This document shows positions 21,700 through 33,004 of a stretch of 64,000 bases of DNA, in pieces (the first letter of the stretch is position 1; each line of letters begins with the position of its first letter). Source of the DNA: Macrostomum hystrix (taxonomy: Eukaryota > Animalia > Platyhelminthes); contig CATNEN010000008.1 in the NCBI GenBank assembly GCA_950097015.1, positions 372,001 through 436,000 of the forward strand, given 5' to 3'. Position numbers and translations under genes: made by a program. The notes under the pieces are model-generated. The model saw only the letters and a list, made by a program, of their open reading frames with translations, searched no databases and was not told the origin of the DNA.

Positions 21700-24600
21700 A
21701 TAGAAATAATAATGCTGGGCATAAAAAACTTGTTGTCATAAATTTACTTTAGTTCGCAAAATTTTTTTCATCCTTTAAAATGGTGCCAATGACAAGGAAT
21801 GACAAATGGGACTTGTCTATGGCCCATAGTAGCCACATAGAGTTGTTTGGGGCACAAAAATTTGGCTGAGTTTTATTGAGCCCTCACTATAGTTTGGATT
21901 TTAGAGACTTTGAGACTCTTCTGATTTGTAAATGGCTGGATGGCCCCCCGTGGATTGTGCCACCAAATGAAGTTCTGCCAGCACAGGCACTGATGGAACT
22001 AAATATGAATTCAAGGGATCTGATGGAAGTGACAGCAAGTACTGACCAGACTATATGGTGGCTCGCTTGTCATGGACTATTGGCCAACCAATGGACCTGC
22101 TTGTGTGCCGCACTTTTGGCAGCATTCTATACTGGATTTGTCATTATTACCCAGTTTAGGAATATGAGACAGTTGACTGGATTGAACTGAACTGAGCAAT
22201 GCTCAGTACGTTTAAAAATGTTTCCCACTAGTTGTGTTACCAGTTGATGTTATCTGCTTCATCGTTTAACATTTTAAAAGAAGAAAATACTTTTGCAAAC
22301 AAAAGCAAATTTACGACAACTTGTCAAATAGGCTTCAGTGTCTTTCTACATTGCCCTTATAAGTACCTAATGACCTAATGTTGCAGTAGTAAGGTCTATT
22401 TAACGAAGCACTAAATAGGCTCCAAATACTAGAAACTCTTCAATTTATAAAATGTATTATTAATTAGCTAATGAACAGATATTATCCTTTTTTTAGACAT
22501 AAATGTTAATTTATACATTATTTCTATTAGAAGCATATGTAACCTTGGATGAAATAGAAACCTTAAAAATATCAACCGTAATGTTCTTGACTTTCCTGAA
22601 TCTAAGGCCCCCTATTCATATTTGTATAATCTTCTATGTTGATAATTAGGCTTTATTGTCATAATTGCTGTGAATTAATCCATTATAGTGTTGATTGACA
22701 ATGTCCTAGTTTCTTGCATTATTTTTTACTTTCTATTATAAGCAAACAAACAAAAGCAAGTTTATTAAAAGAGTAAAACTTTGGATCTAGAGAAAACTCG
22801 TAGCGGCCTAGCATTTGAGAATCAGTGTTATAGGCCCCTATCCTAAATGTTAATTTTCCCAGTTAGTGCCCCTTAGTACCACTAATGTCCACTTTAACAG
22901 GCCCCTCACAATGCCCTCAAGCTTCTCCTTTAAAGTGTCCCTTCATAGTATCCTATTAGCAAAATGTTGATCCTTAGTACATTAGGCTTCCATAGATATG
23001 AAAAGCCAGATCTGCCACTGGCTAACTAGTTTACAATCAAAGTGTCATAGAAACTTACTTAAAAAATCATTGCTTCAGTTAAAATTTCTTATGAGTTACT
23101 TGTGTTTTTTCTTACTTATCCAAATTTCCTACAAAAAGTTATAGATTTAGTTTTCATATGTACTAAATGCATTATTGCATTTAGTATAGCATTTAAGTAT
23201 AGCAACCAAAAAGATTAAAATAATCTTAAATCAGTTTTAGTATCAAGTTATTAGACAAATGTTGCCATAACTAAGATAAGGTCATATAAGTTAAAATCTA
23301 ATCTTAGAACTTAAGCCTGATGTTTATTATTTGTACTTTTTGTGACATGTTTTCTTACTTTTTAGATCTATATTTAGTCTATATTTAGACTTAGTTTATG
23401 CAAAAGAATTCCTAAACTTTCCTAAAATATTTGATCTGAGGAATTTTTATAGGAAATCTACATGTGCATTAAAATGCTAATGAAGCAATATAGGAAAATG
23501 TAAAAAGTATACATTAACTGTAGTTTATTTTTTGTATTAGCTTAGAAAATAGTTCAAGTGAATAGACAACAGTTTCCATAGAAATAATGTAGAATATTAA
23601 TAAGTGTATCTGTAAATTATCATATTTTATGCTCACTCTTAGGCTAAAATCTATCTTCTGACCTTTTGCTATGCTAGAATTTTGTAGCATTAGGGTGGTT
23701 CTCACAGAGTTGCCACTTTTAGTGTCCAAAGTGTTTTTTTTGCCAATTTTGATTGTTTTTCATCTATTACTGCAGTATATTATATAAGCTACAGTAAAAA
23801 GTGGTTTAAAGCAGTTTTTAACACTTCATTGACAAATTCATCATTCTTCATTCAAATTCTTCATTCATCACTCATCGGATCTACACTTTTGAGGGCTGTA
23901 GATCCGATGAGTAAAACTGCTATTAAATGCAAATATTAAGGAATCCATTGGGGCTAGAATAAAGTGCCATATGTCATTAGAGACGTCTATGTACCCTTCA
24001 TAATATGATATAGCATTTGCGGTTTTACAGAATACACATTCTGAGAATTTTACATTTCCCCGACGTAGATCTGATGAGTCAAACTGCTTACTCAAAAAAA
24101 TCTGTTTTTTTACATTTTAGTTTTTCGGTAGTTGAATAGAGATAGTATGTAGTGTGCCTATAGTTTTATGAAAGCACATAAATATATATTTCGTTTGCAA
24201 GAGGATTTAGCACTGAATATGCTACCACTAATTTTTTACTGACGAATTTAGGTCAAGAGGTCTGACGTAGATCCGATGAGTTAAGTTTTGTGAGACACTT
24301 ATAAAAGCCACAAAGTAAGTAGATATAGCTGAATTATAATAGAAATTATGTTTCCTAATGCTTATTTTAGTTATATATTGCCATATAAAAGAACAACGAC
24401 GTCTTGAACACAAACGCTTTTGACAAGGGAAAGTCTTAATCTTTGACTAACATGTGTGAGACATGGTGCTTTTACAGACTTTCATGATTTCTAGTGATTT
24501 AGAAATATGTAAACAAAAGGAATTTATAACAAAGCTTTAGTGCCCTACATAGGGAAACATCGATAGAACACAAATGGTTCAACAGGACAGCTTCAAATTA

Positions 24601-25420
24601 CATTATAAAATATATTTTTTGAAAAGACACGTTTTTTCAGTACTGTGGCAATCCCGTGAGAATCACCCATTAATGCTAGCTTCCTTACTATATAATGATA
24701 TCCTTTCCTGTGGGTTAACAATCAATGATGATTTGAAGTTATTAAATCACAAGTTCTTGACATTTCTTAGTCTATCTTTTTTCAAATATGTTCATTTTGT
24801 ATATAAGTCCATGACATAGCAATTAAACATGTTTTTTATTATTTAAAACTAAAAAGTAAAGTTATAACAACTAAGATTCATAGCTGGAAGAAAGGTGGCT
24901 GAACAAGCTCAAACTAAACAATGGCAGTTTGAAATGCTTTTGAAAAGGATTCCTAAGGACCATGCTTGTAAAGTGGCTGCAAAGAAGTAAGAGGCTCAGC
25001 TGTAGCAGCAGCAGGATTTAACTAAGTGGCAGCAAGGGTACAATAGTTAAAATGAGGATGAAAGCCCAATAAATTCTGATAGATTAAAAAAGGGAGCTGC
25101 TCAATGATTTAAAAATGTCAATTGTCTGCCTATAATTTTCCATCCATTTCTGTACCCAGCCCAATATATTAGTCAGATTCAGAAATGTTGGTGTTTATCT
25201 AGGTAAGATAAATCCAGTACATTGTTGGTAAAGCAGTATCTTTCCAAAGGATTTAGTAGTGCTCAGTATGTATTCCTGTTTTGATGCAAGCCATCCTTTT
25301 TCTCACCAGCCTACTGCTAGTGTGCTATTAGTCGCTTAAATCTATGCCTTCCTATTCTTTCTTAAGAGCGTAGTACCTGGTCCCTGGTCGTGTCCTGTTG
25401 GACTCTAGAAATATATCGTG
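21700..25420. pseudogene. Heavily decayed, CpG-depleted TE-derived block
   Basis: No CpG at 22806-23875 or 24657-25332 (hand count); stop-riddled, protein-like frames. Confidence 0.5.
22005..22110 (+). mobile_element. Possible Merlin/ISXO2-like transposase N-terminal remnant
   Basis: MNSRDLMEVTASTDQTIWWLACHGLLANQWTC resembles, from memory, the W..HGLL....C N-terminus of Merlin-type transposases; no DDE core or TIR found. Confidence 0.35.
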
Positions 25421-26660
25421 GGAGAGCCCCCCCCCCCAAAGGCTGAGCCAGAGGTGTTATAGGCAATCCTGTTAATCGCCAATCGTGACATCCTGTATGA
25501 AGTCACGCATCCTGTTACTTTTTTGGTAGATGGGTTCGGTTACAGGACTGTGACACTGAGTGGGTGGCTCTCACTTTTCGTTTTGATTTTATTACTTAAT
25601 ATAGACTTTTTGCACTAAATTATTTACTATACGCTGCCCTTTTTTCATCCCAGCACAAAATTTATTTTTGCTTTCCTGCTGCAACCTAGGTTAAGTGTTT
25701 ACTGTTTACAGGTTTGCACTCGCTTCGCTCATGAGGTGATCACCAATTTTTTGCATTTAGCTCCACCTGTCTGTTGTCTGCTTCATGTGATGTCAAGCTC
25801 TCTTGTTGTTTTCGCATCAGCTATTTTTAGAATTGTCACGCCAAATGGAGGTTATCCATATTTTTGTAAGACATTGTTTGCATATATTGTAATTGCCCTC
25901 TTGCAGATGCTTTGTATATACAAATGACTGCTTGTGGGATAGTTTTGTAGTTTGCACTCCGAAATAATTACTAGCCCCAGTGTATATTAGCTATCTTCCT
26001 GACTATTTCATGTAATTCGATATGTAAAAGACATTTCGGGTTTCAAGTAGTCACGATTGGCGATTTCGGGTTTCGAGTAGTAACTAAAAGGCACTTTCGG
26101 GTCATCTATACATGTAATAGCTAGATACGAAAAAAATCTATAAATTTCTTTAAACAGAGAAATGACCTAGTATGGCTTTTTATGTAACACCAATAAGCTA
26201 GGCTACATACGGTAGATAAGAGAAGTATCTGCATGAGCCCTAGAGCCCGAATTTTATACTATTAAATGAATTTGTATAAAAAAGTAAAACTCACGGTTTT
26301 CAACCTGTGTTTTGAAACCTAGCTAGCTGTCAGTTTTAATTTAGTTGCAGGATTTCGAAAAGTAAAAGCAACATATTTTCTGCTACTACAATGAAAGATA
26401 TATTGAAATTTATCAAGGTATCTACTTATGTAGAGCTATTCAAATATATTTTTATGAAGCTTTAGCTGTATATTAAGTTGGCTTTTTTGTCATTTTCCTC
26501 TTGCCCTTATGTATTGTATTAAACTATTTATATTAGCAAACATTTCTTCGAGTCCACTTGTCTTACAAACATGTCTGATTATGCTATTGAACTGAGTCCA
26601 TGGACAAAAATTTGGCTGAAACTATATTATTTGTCTGAATTTTCTAACCATTGCAGCAAA

Positions 26661-26738
26661 ATGCGTGCAAAGTGGCGTAAGAAGAGAATGCGCAGGCTAA
26701 AGCGTAAGCGCAGGAAGATGAGGGAAAGGAGCAAGTGA
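26661..26738 (+). CDS. RPL41: 60S ribosomal protein eL41, copy A
   Basis: MRAKWRKKRMRRLKRKRRKMRERSK*; acceptor TTGCAG 4 nt before the ATG; AATAAA at about 26932. Confidence 0.96.
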   Translation: MRAKWRKKRMRRLKRKRRKMRERSK

Positions 26739-27243
26739 GGCTAGAGCTGCGATCTGCTTTCAGAGCAGACCAGCTAGCCAGCTAATGCGTGCATCGGACA
26801 AGATTGCTTCATACCGCCTGCTCGGAGTGAGATGCGTCGCTACGTCAAAAGAGAAAGCCATCGACGCGACGATTTTATATTGTACTACATCCTCTACAGA
26901 TCCCATGTCTGTACAATGTTAGATAATGCGAAATAAATCGTATTCCGTCATTCTGATGGACTTGGATAAAAAGTGGTTACTTTGAGTTTATTATTTTTTG
27001 TTATAGAATGTAGTAAGGCTCGAGTATTAGTCTATTAAGATATGCATCGATATTTTTTTATTTTCAGCCCAATTATCAGTTTTTCCCACTTTCAACGGGT
27101 GTGTACTTTTACTTCTCTAATATGCAAATAAGGCAATATTATAAGTGTATTTTGTATGTCAAGAAATAAGAGGCAATTTTGTTTTCGGTATATAGTTTAT
27201 TTCAATAAGTTACATAATAAAGTTCAGGGCATTGTTCGGCTGC

Positions 27244-28433
27244 CTATAAAAAGCCAGTCTCATATTCGTAGCCTTCTGAATGTGCGAAAACTCTTCCAAA
27301 GGTGTGCGTAGCCGCTCTGCGTTTAGTTGCCATCCAAATTGCTAGCCCTGCAGCCAGAAAGAGAATTATCATAACAATGGTGATGCCCGCAACGCCAGTG
27401 AATAAAAAATTACGCTTTAATTGCCCTTGTCCATTGTCAACATTTATTATTCCCTTGGCTCTGCACTGACCAAGCGAGTCCAGTAGTTCCTTTGATAGAT
27501 TGTTGTAGAAGTCTAATCCTTCTGCTAGATTTTTCAATGTTGACTGGCTGGCATCATCTATCGAAGCGAATGTTTGCACCATTAAAATGTACTGTAGTGC
27601 AGCACTGTGAAGCTTAATGCAGATCGGTAGAAATAGCCTCGGTTCGCAGCTAGTCCATTGCAATATTTGCTTAAATGTAACATTTTTTACTTGCTGCCTA
27701 AAATAGTAGGAAAAGGGTTTAAGTTGAGAGATATATAAATAATTATACGCGTGTCTCTACTGTCAGTAGGAGCGTAGGAACTGCTCTACTCCCACAGATT
27801 CTTTTCATTTCAAACGCTAAGCTCTAAGTAGTTCGTTCATTAGGACTTTTATCTTCTCCTTTGTATTCCACACCATGGTCCTCCACACCATGAAGGAGCC
27901 AAATATTCGCTTAGAACTTACCTAACAGTGCCACTGACTCTCTGATCCACTGCCAGACACACAATTTCCATTGCTGTATGTAGTTTTGTTTGTTCATTCC
28001 AAAATTCAAACTTGAAGTCGCTACTACCAGTCTGAGGAGTGCCAGCCAAAGCTTTGATATAGTTTTCGAATCGGAAAAAAGTGGATTCAATCTCCCTAAC
28101 AGCGTCGCTTAGCCGAGGCAGGTGTTGCAGTACCGACCTGCTAGCTGAATTTTGTAGTTGCAGGTTAATAGCGATCAGGTCTCGTAGTGTGTTGGCATTG
28201 CAACTGCTAACACTGCAGCGTGAAAAAAAGTTGCTTTTGTTGCCATGCAACAATGCACGTATCTCTGTGAGGCCTTTAGTGACGCAACTGATCTTTTCAA
28301 AGTCTGATAAGCCAGGTGCTAGCATTCCGTCGAGTTGTTGCTTTAGTTCAGCAAAGATGCACTTACATAGTGCCTCTAAGCAATTTCCCGTAGTTAGTAG
28401 CAGTAATGTTGCACAGAGAACTACTAGCTTCAT
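27244..28433 (-). CDS. Uncharacterised 321-aa type I membrane protein (X1)
   Basis: Exons 28433-27922 and 27697-27244 (AG/GTAAGT...TTTTAG, phase 2, 966 nt in total); signal peptide, Cys-containing helical ectodomain, one TM helix, short Tyr-containing tail. Confidence 0.85.
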
Positions 28434-29522
28434 GCCTGCTAAGGCCGCCTAAAAGCAAAGCTCCAATTCGATTTTCTACCTGTTCTCGGTTCGTAGAAAT
28501 GGAATGATATTTTATCCATTTTAGCCTGTGCATTTGCCAAGCCCTTAAGGTGTTTATTTAGTTGGTTGCATGTATGATCGGATCTTAGCATAAAGGTGTA
28601 TTATTTCTGTTGCACAGGAAGAGCTAGTTACAACACCTAGGCAAGCTAGTTACAGAATTTCTCTCTTACACTTGTTCTCCTACCTTAACTTTTGTGTCTT
28701 GTTTGCATATACTTTGCCAATAGTTTGTGTGGTTTGGTGTACAATTTGTGCAATAGTTGCTTTCTTATTCTCGTTCAGTTTCGTTCGCAGATATATTAAA
28801 CAGCAATGAGGCTCACGCACCTTTGTCGTAACCAATAGATTGTGGTGGTCAAAATTTCTAATGCTAATAAGCGAGCAGAAAGTTTTAATGCAGATTTGGC
28901 AGTGTCTAGCTTAGTAACATGGAATGATAATGATAGTTTTTGCTTAGCAAAAAATGTATTTGTCATCTATCAAAGAATAGCTTGATATAGTCGGATCATA
29001 ATACTATATAATATGGGTCAAGGGACCTTGGGAGTGGGTTGATAAGCGTGCACGAAGTGCTGAATCCATTTGTTAAGATTTGTATATCGTACTAGACATT
29101 ATTTGTTAAAAAATATTTTTACAATTCTACAATTTTACAGGTTTCTTGGTCCAGACGTAAGAGTAAAAAGATCAAATTTCTAAAATGAATAAGATGGTGA
29201 CAAACCATTGTAAACTTTACATAGCTATTCTTCCAGAAAAATAGCCTCAACAAAATAATGAAAAGCTCAATTAGTTTTCAATAGCAGCATCACTAAAAAC
29301 AATGCACTTTTATCATTGCGTAGTACGGATCAATAGTTATCTATTCGGGTTTTAGGAATTAAGATATTTTTCGTAGTCTAGGAGTAAATGCTTCTACTAT
29401 TTCTAACACTTCCTCATTGTCCTTAAGTGTTTAAAATCACGCTTCTTCTGCTTTAAGAAGCTTTTGTTTTTTTACAAAATATAGAATATAGAAAAGAACG
29501 TAAGCAGATGCTTTACAGTATG

Positions 29523-30614
29523 TTACGCCTCAGTCTCGTAATACCGTTTCATTAGTGGATCTTGGCCGTGATGCTCATATGACCTGCCGACGGGCTCTTC
29601 ACGCATAGTTACAGCCGGCTCCTTCTTAGATCTCCAGGCAAAGAAAGCAGTCAAAGCAATCAGAAAAACTAGAACCAAAATGAAGCAGCTGAATACGATA
29701 GCTGAATTGCGTATCGCCGAATCTTTCTCCTTGATTTCCTGCGATCTGATGGCGTGAATCTCTTTGCTGCTGCAGACAACAATCTGCTTGGTCATGCTAT
29801 CCGACAGCTTTAAGTAGTGCTTCCACTCGATCTCGCTGCTGAACTGGCTGACCGGACTGCTACCCTGTGGCGCATGCAATTCCGAATGTAGCTCCCTCAT
29901 GAACAGGAATTGCAGCACAACTCCATAGACATTCAAGTAAAATGGCAGCACTTTTGTTGTGTCGCATTTGTAATAGTCAGCGAGTCGCTCAACTATAGAC
30001 TTCGTTCTGTTGTTGCCTTCCATTGTCAATGCAAATATTGTGTCCAGTGGCTTTCCTCGCTCCATGCGCTTGTAGAATGCAGAAAAATGTGCGATTTCAT
30101 TCTCAGCCCTTATCTTTCCAGTCTTTAGTGCCGTCATGTATTCAATGAAGGCCCCGGAAAATACGTTGACAACATCGAATGTTGCACTCTGATAGTCATT
30201 CAGAAACGTGATGTGCGAGTATGCTGTAAACGATTGTTTTACCTGGCCCTTCAAGGTTTGAACTCCTTTGTCCAGTGTGTCGAAAACTGTTTCTCGGCAG
30301 CAGGCGGTGTCTTTCATGCACGAACATTTAACATCGCACTGGGCCACATTGTCCAACCAGTGTCGGACGCACTCGCGAAAGTCAGTGAAGTAACTTGTCA
30401 GTTTGAAGTTAAGCGAAATGAGTGTGTGCACAAAGCTGAAAACTTGCTCTGCATGATTGCTATTCGGCTTGTTTAAATCCTGTAGCTCTCTCGCCATCTT
30501 GCCAAAGTCGCACCAACATCGCGCGTCGTCAAGCGGTCGCAGTCTATTCTTGCTCTCAGATGTTTGCAATGTTGCTGTAGCGCATAGCAGCCATACAATA
30601 ATTCGAAGCCACAT
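29523..30614 (-). CDS. Uncharacterised 363-aa type I membrane protein (X2), paralogue of X1
   Basis: Single long ORF; signal peptide MWLRIIVWLLCATATLQTS, TM AIVFSCFILVLVFLIALTAFFAW; conserved blocks shared with X1. Confidence 0.88.
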   Translation of the reverse strand: MWLRIIVWLLCATATLQTSESKNRLRPLDDARCWCDFGKMARELQDLNKPNSNHAEQVFSFVHTLISLNFKLTSYFTDFRECVRHWLDNVAQCDVKCSCMKDTACCRETVFDTLDKGVQTLKGQVKQSFTAYSHITFLNDYQSATFDVVNVFSGAFIEYMTALKTGKIRAENEIAHFSAFYKRMERGKPLDTIFALTMEGNNRTKSIVERLADYYKCDTTKVLPFYLNVYGVVLQFLFMRELHSELHAPQGSSPVSQFSSEIEWKHYLKLSDSMTKQIVVCSSKEIHAIRSQEIKEKDSAIRNSAIVFSCFILVLVFLIALTAFFAWRSKKEPAVTMREEPVGRSYEHHGQDPLMKRYYETEA

Positions 30615-31344
30615 TGTTTGGTATGCGGCGCTGGTATGAAAGCCTTTCTATTAGATCGGCTAGCAATTTTGCGTGAGTAGAAGGCTCATAGCACCTGATT
30701 TTTATCTAAATTGAAAAATCTGTTCTCGACCCTATCCGTCGTTATCTCTACTTAGCACTTAGTCATTATGTGGTGTACATTTTCGCAGGGTGTGCTCACT
30801 GCTCACTCGTGCGCTCGTTGGTTCAATCTAGAAAACAGCCAAGCCATTTTCTTCACTTCTTTCGCCTGTCTCCGCCTAGCTATGCATGGCCAATCTGCTT
30901 TTAGAATCATTTTTGAAGGAATAGAAGACAGCTAAAATTCGAATGGCCCCTGATTTTGCCCTTGAGACACACACCATTGCTATCTTTATTCTGCGTATAA
31001 TCTCCCGAATTCTCAGGCAGAGTTTTAGCTGCGTATTTTACTTGCGAATCTACTCACTATTCTTCAAAAATTTCAATTGCTTAGTCTGCTGACGTATCTG
31101 TAATGTAGTGCCGTTGTCATTTTCAATTTTCGCAAGTGTGATAGAAATTTTAGCAAATCAGCATATGCGTTTAGACGAGTTATTAGGAGATAAAAGTATA
31201 GGTAATAGCTGTTGCGTGCGACATAGAAACCGGTTTAATCCAAGATCCTGCAAAGACGGCAACAATCACCCAAATTTCTACCCCAAGCTAATGCCGGTTT
31301 TAATTTTACATCTGGGCGATTTTACATTAGGATGTTAATTACTT

Positions 31345-31412
31345 TGCTCAAGAACTCGAATTCGAACTCCAGACCTCGTTAGAAGTATGAAAGCTATAAC
31401 CACTAGACTACA
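31345..31412 (-). mobile_element. tRNA-like SINE head remnant
   Basis: Reverse complement GGAGACTGTAGTCTAGTGGTTATAG...GAGTTCGAATTC has A and B boxes but no paired acceptor stem. Confidence 0.5.
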
Positions 31413-31760
31413 GTCTCCATATGTATTCTGCCTGTGCTAAGTTTTGTAAAGTTTTCGCCACCCACATTCCCTTGACTTGAAATACTCGGAGGTGCGCATC
31501 CATTTCGCTGGCTTCCATAAAAAACTAATCACCGGTTCAAGACTTTCGGAGGTATCACGTTTCCCTGAACTTTTTCCCTGCTAACCAGCTTTATATGTTA
31601 GTTTTTATATAAAGCTTAGTTTATTCTTGTTTACTAAATGCTCTAAAATTTTAAACAATACTAAATCTATATATAGGTACACAGCAGGTGATAGCGCTTT
31701 ATGTTACAAATATTGTCTAAATTGCTTTGTTTTCTATCATGAAATTCCAGCACTAAAGCC

Positions 31761-31838
31761 ATGCGAGCCAAGTGGCGTAAGAAGCGAATGAGGCGACTAA
31801 AGCGCAAACGCAGGAAGATGAGGGAAAGGAGCAAGTAA
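31761..31838 (+). CDS. RPL41: 60S ribosomal protein eL41, copy B
   Basis: Same 25-aa protein as copy A; acceptor TTCCAG 10 nt before the ATG. Confidence 0.96.
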   Translation: MRAKWRKKRMRRLKRKRRKMRERSK

Positions 31839-33004
31839 AGATAGCGGACTTCACGGCTGGAGGGCGTCCGACAGCTTGCCCTGAACCGGTTCGACCTGAC
31901 GGCCATCGTCCAGCTGGAATAGTCTGCACTGCTCTACTTGCTAATCGCGCGCTGCTGCTTCGTTTCCAAAGCGGCTTCTAAGCTAGCTTTGATGCTCTAA
32001 TATGACGCGTTTGCTAAATTTAGTCTTTATTGTTTAGACCTGTGTGCATTTTTTAGGCCAGGGTGTGTGCAAGTCTTCGTGTTTTTAGTGATGGAACGCC
32101 TGGGCGTGTGTCATGACCGTCTGGTAAACCGCCCCTAAAGGGCCGTTTTTAGGACAATCTAATTGTTATTGAAACGTGACTCTTGTTACACATTTTGCCT
32201 TATCTGAACACTTTAGGATTCTAAACCGAAAAAAAAGATTAAAAAGCGCCGAACCTACTCGAATAGCAGCGCGTGCTTGCTGGTTTCAAGCTGATTGCAT
32301 CAGTTTTGTTCTATTTTGTTCTTGGAATTGTTGCTTGTTGACTTTCCTATTTTCTTTCCTTTTTATTTTATTAATTTAGCAGTTGTGTTTAGTGTGGGTT
32401 TTTTAAACCAACAGACTTGTTTAAAGTTAGAGAAGCCAATTAATTCTACACAAATATTAATCTTCATCCTGAATTCTCCCAATTCCTCGTTCTTGTCACG
32501 AACTCCGCGCTAATGATGCCTAATTAGTGTGTTTTCAATCCTAGGTTAGGATTGATTACAAAGCAAAATCATAAGGAAAATGGTTGAATTTGTATTCAGT
32601 GAAGTCACTAGCTAACACTGTTGTAGTTTTGTAACAAATGAATCATTGAAAAAACTCACACTGTTAAATTTCGTCATTAGGAAAAGTCAGTATAGCTTAA
32701 AATTCAGCATACCTTCAATAGAATTATCAGTTCATTGCATTTTGAATTTGTACTTGCGAGAATGGTTACATTTTTTTATCAAGTCGGATGCTCCAAATCG
32801 CATTACTCGCCTCCATTGCACTGGCTACATCGCGACCCATTATTAGTGCCTTATTTTCCGTTTTTAGAACCTTAATAAAAGGTAGATTAGATAGACCTAG
32901 CACATTCTCACATGTTGCGAAAACACTGGCACTCAATCAATAGAATATAAAAAAAACTCAGGCTAAATACTGTTCTAGATGGTAATAATACTAATCATAT
33001 TTGC

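Noticed and set aside
24071-24100. CTGATGA hammerhead-like core; also CTGACGA..GAAA in the SINE body
   Set aside because: No stem II closing onto GAAA and no stems I/III with a cleavage triplet; the SINE motif is a simple hairpin.
26300-26650. Intronic snoRNA upstream of the RPL41 copies
   Set aside because: No C box (RTGATGA) paired with a D box, and no H/ACA layout could be identified by eye here or at 31560-31750.
31345-31412. Possible tRNA gene (also at 40835-40905 and the SINE heads)
   Set aside because: A and B boxes are present but the acceptor stems do not pair and the sequences run into SINE bodies.
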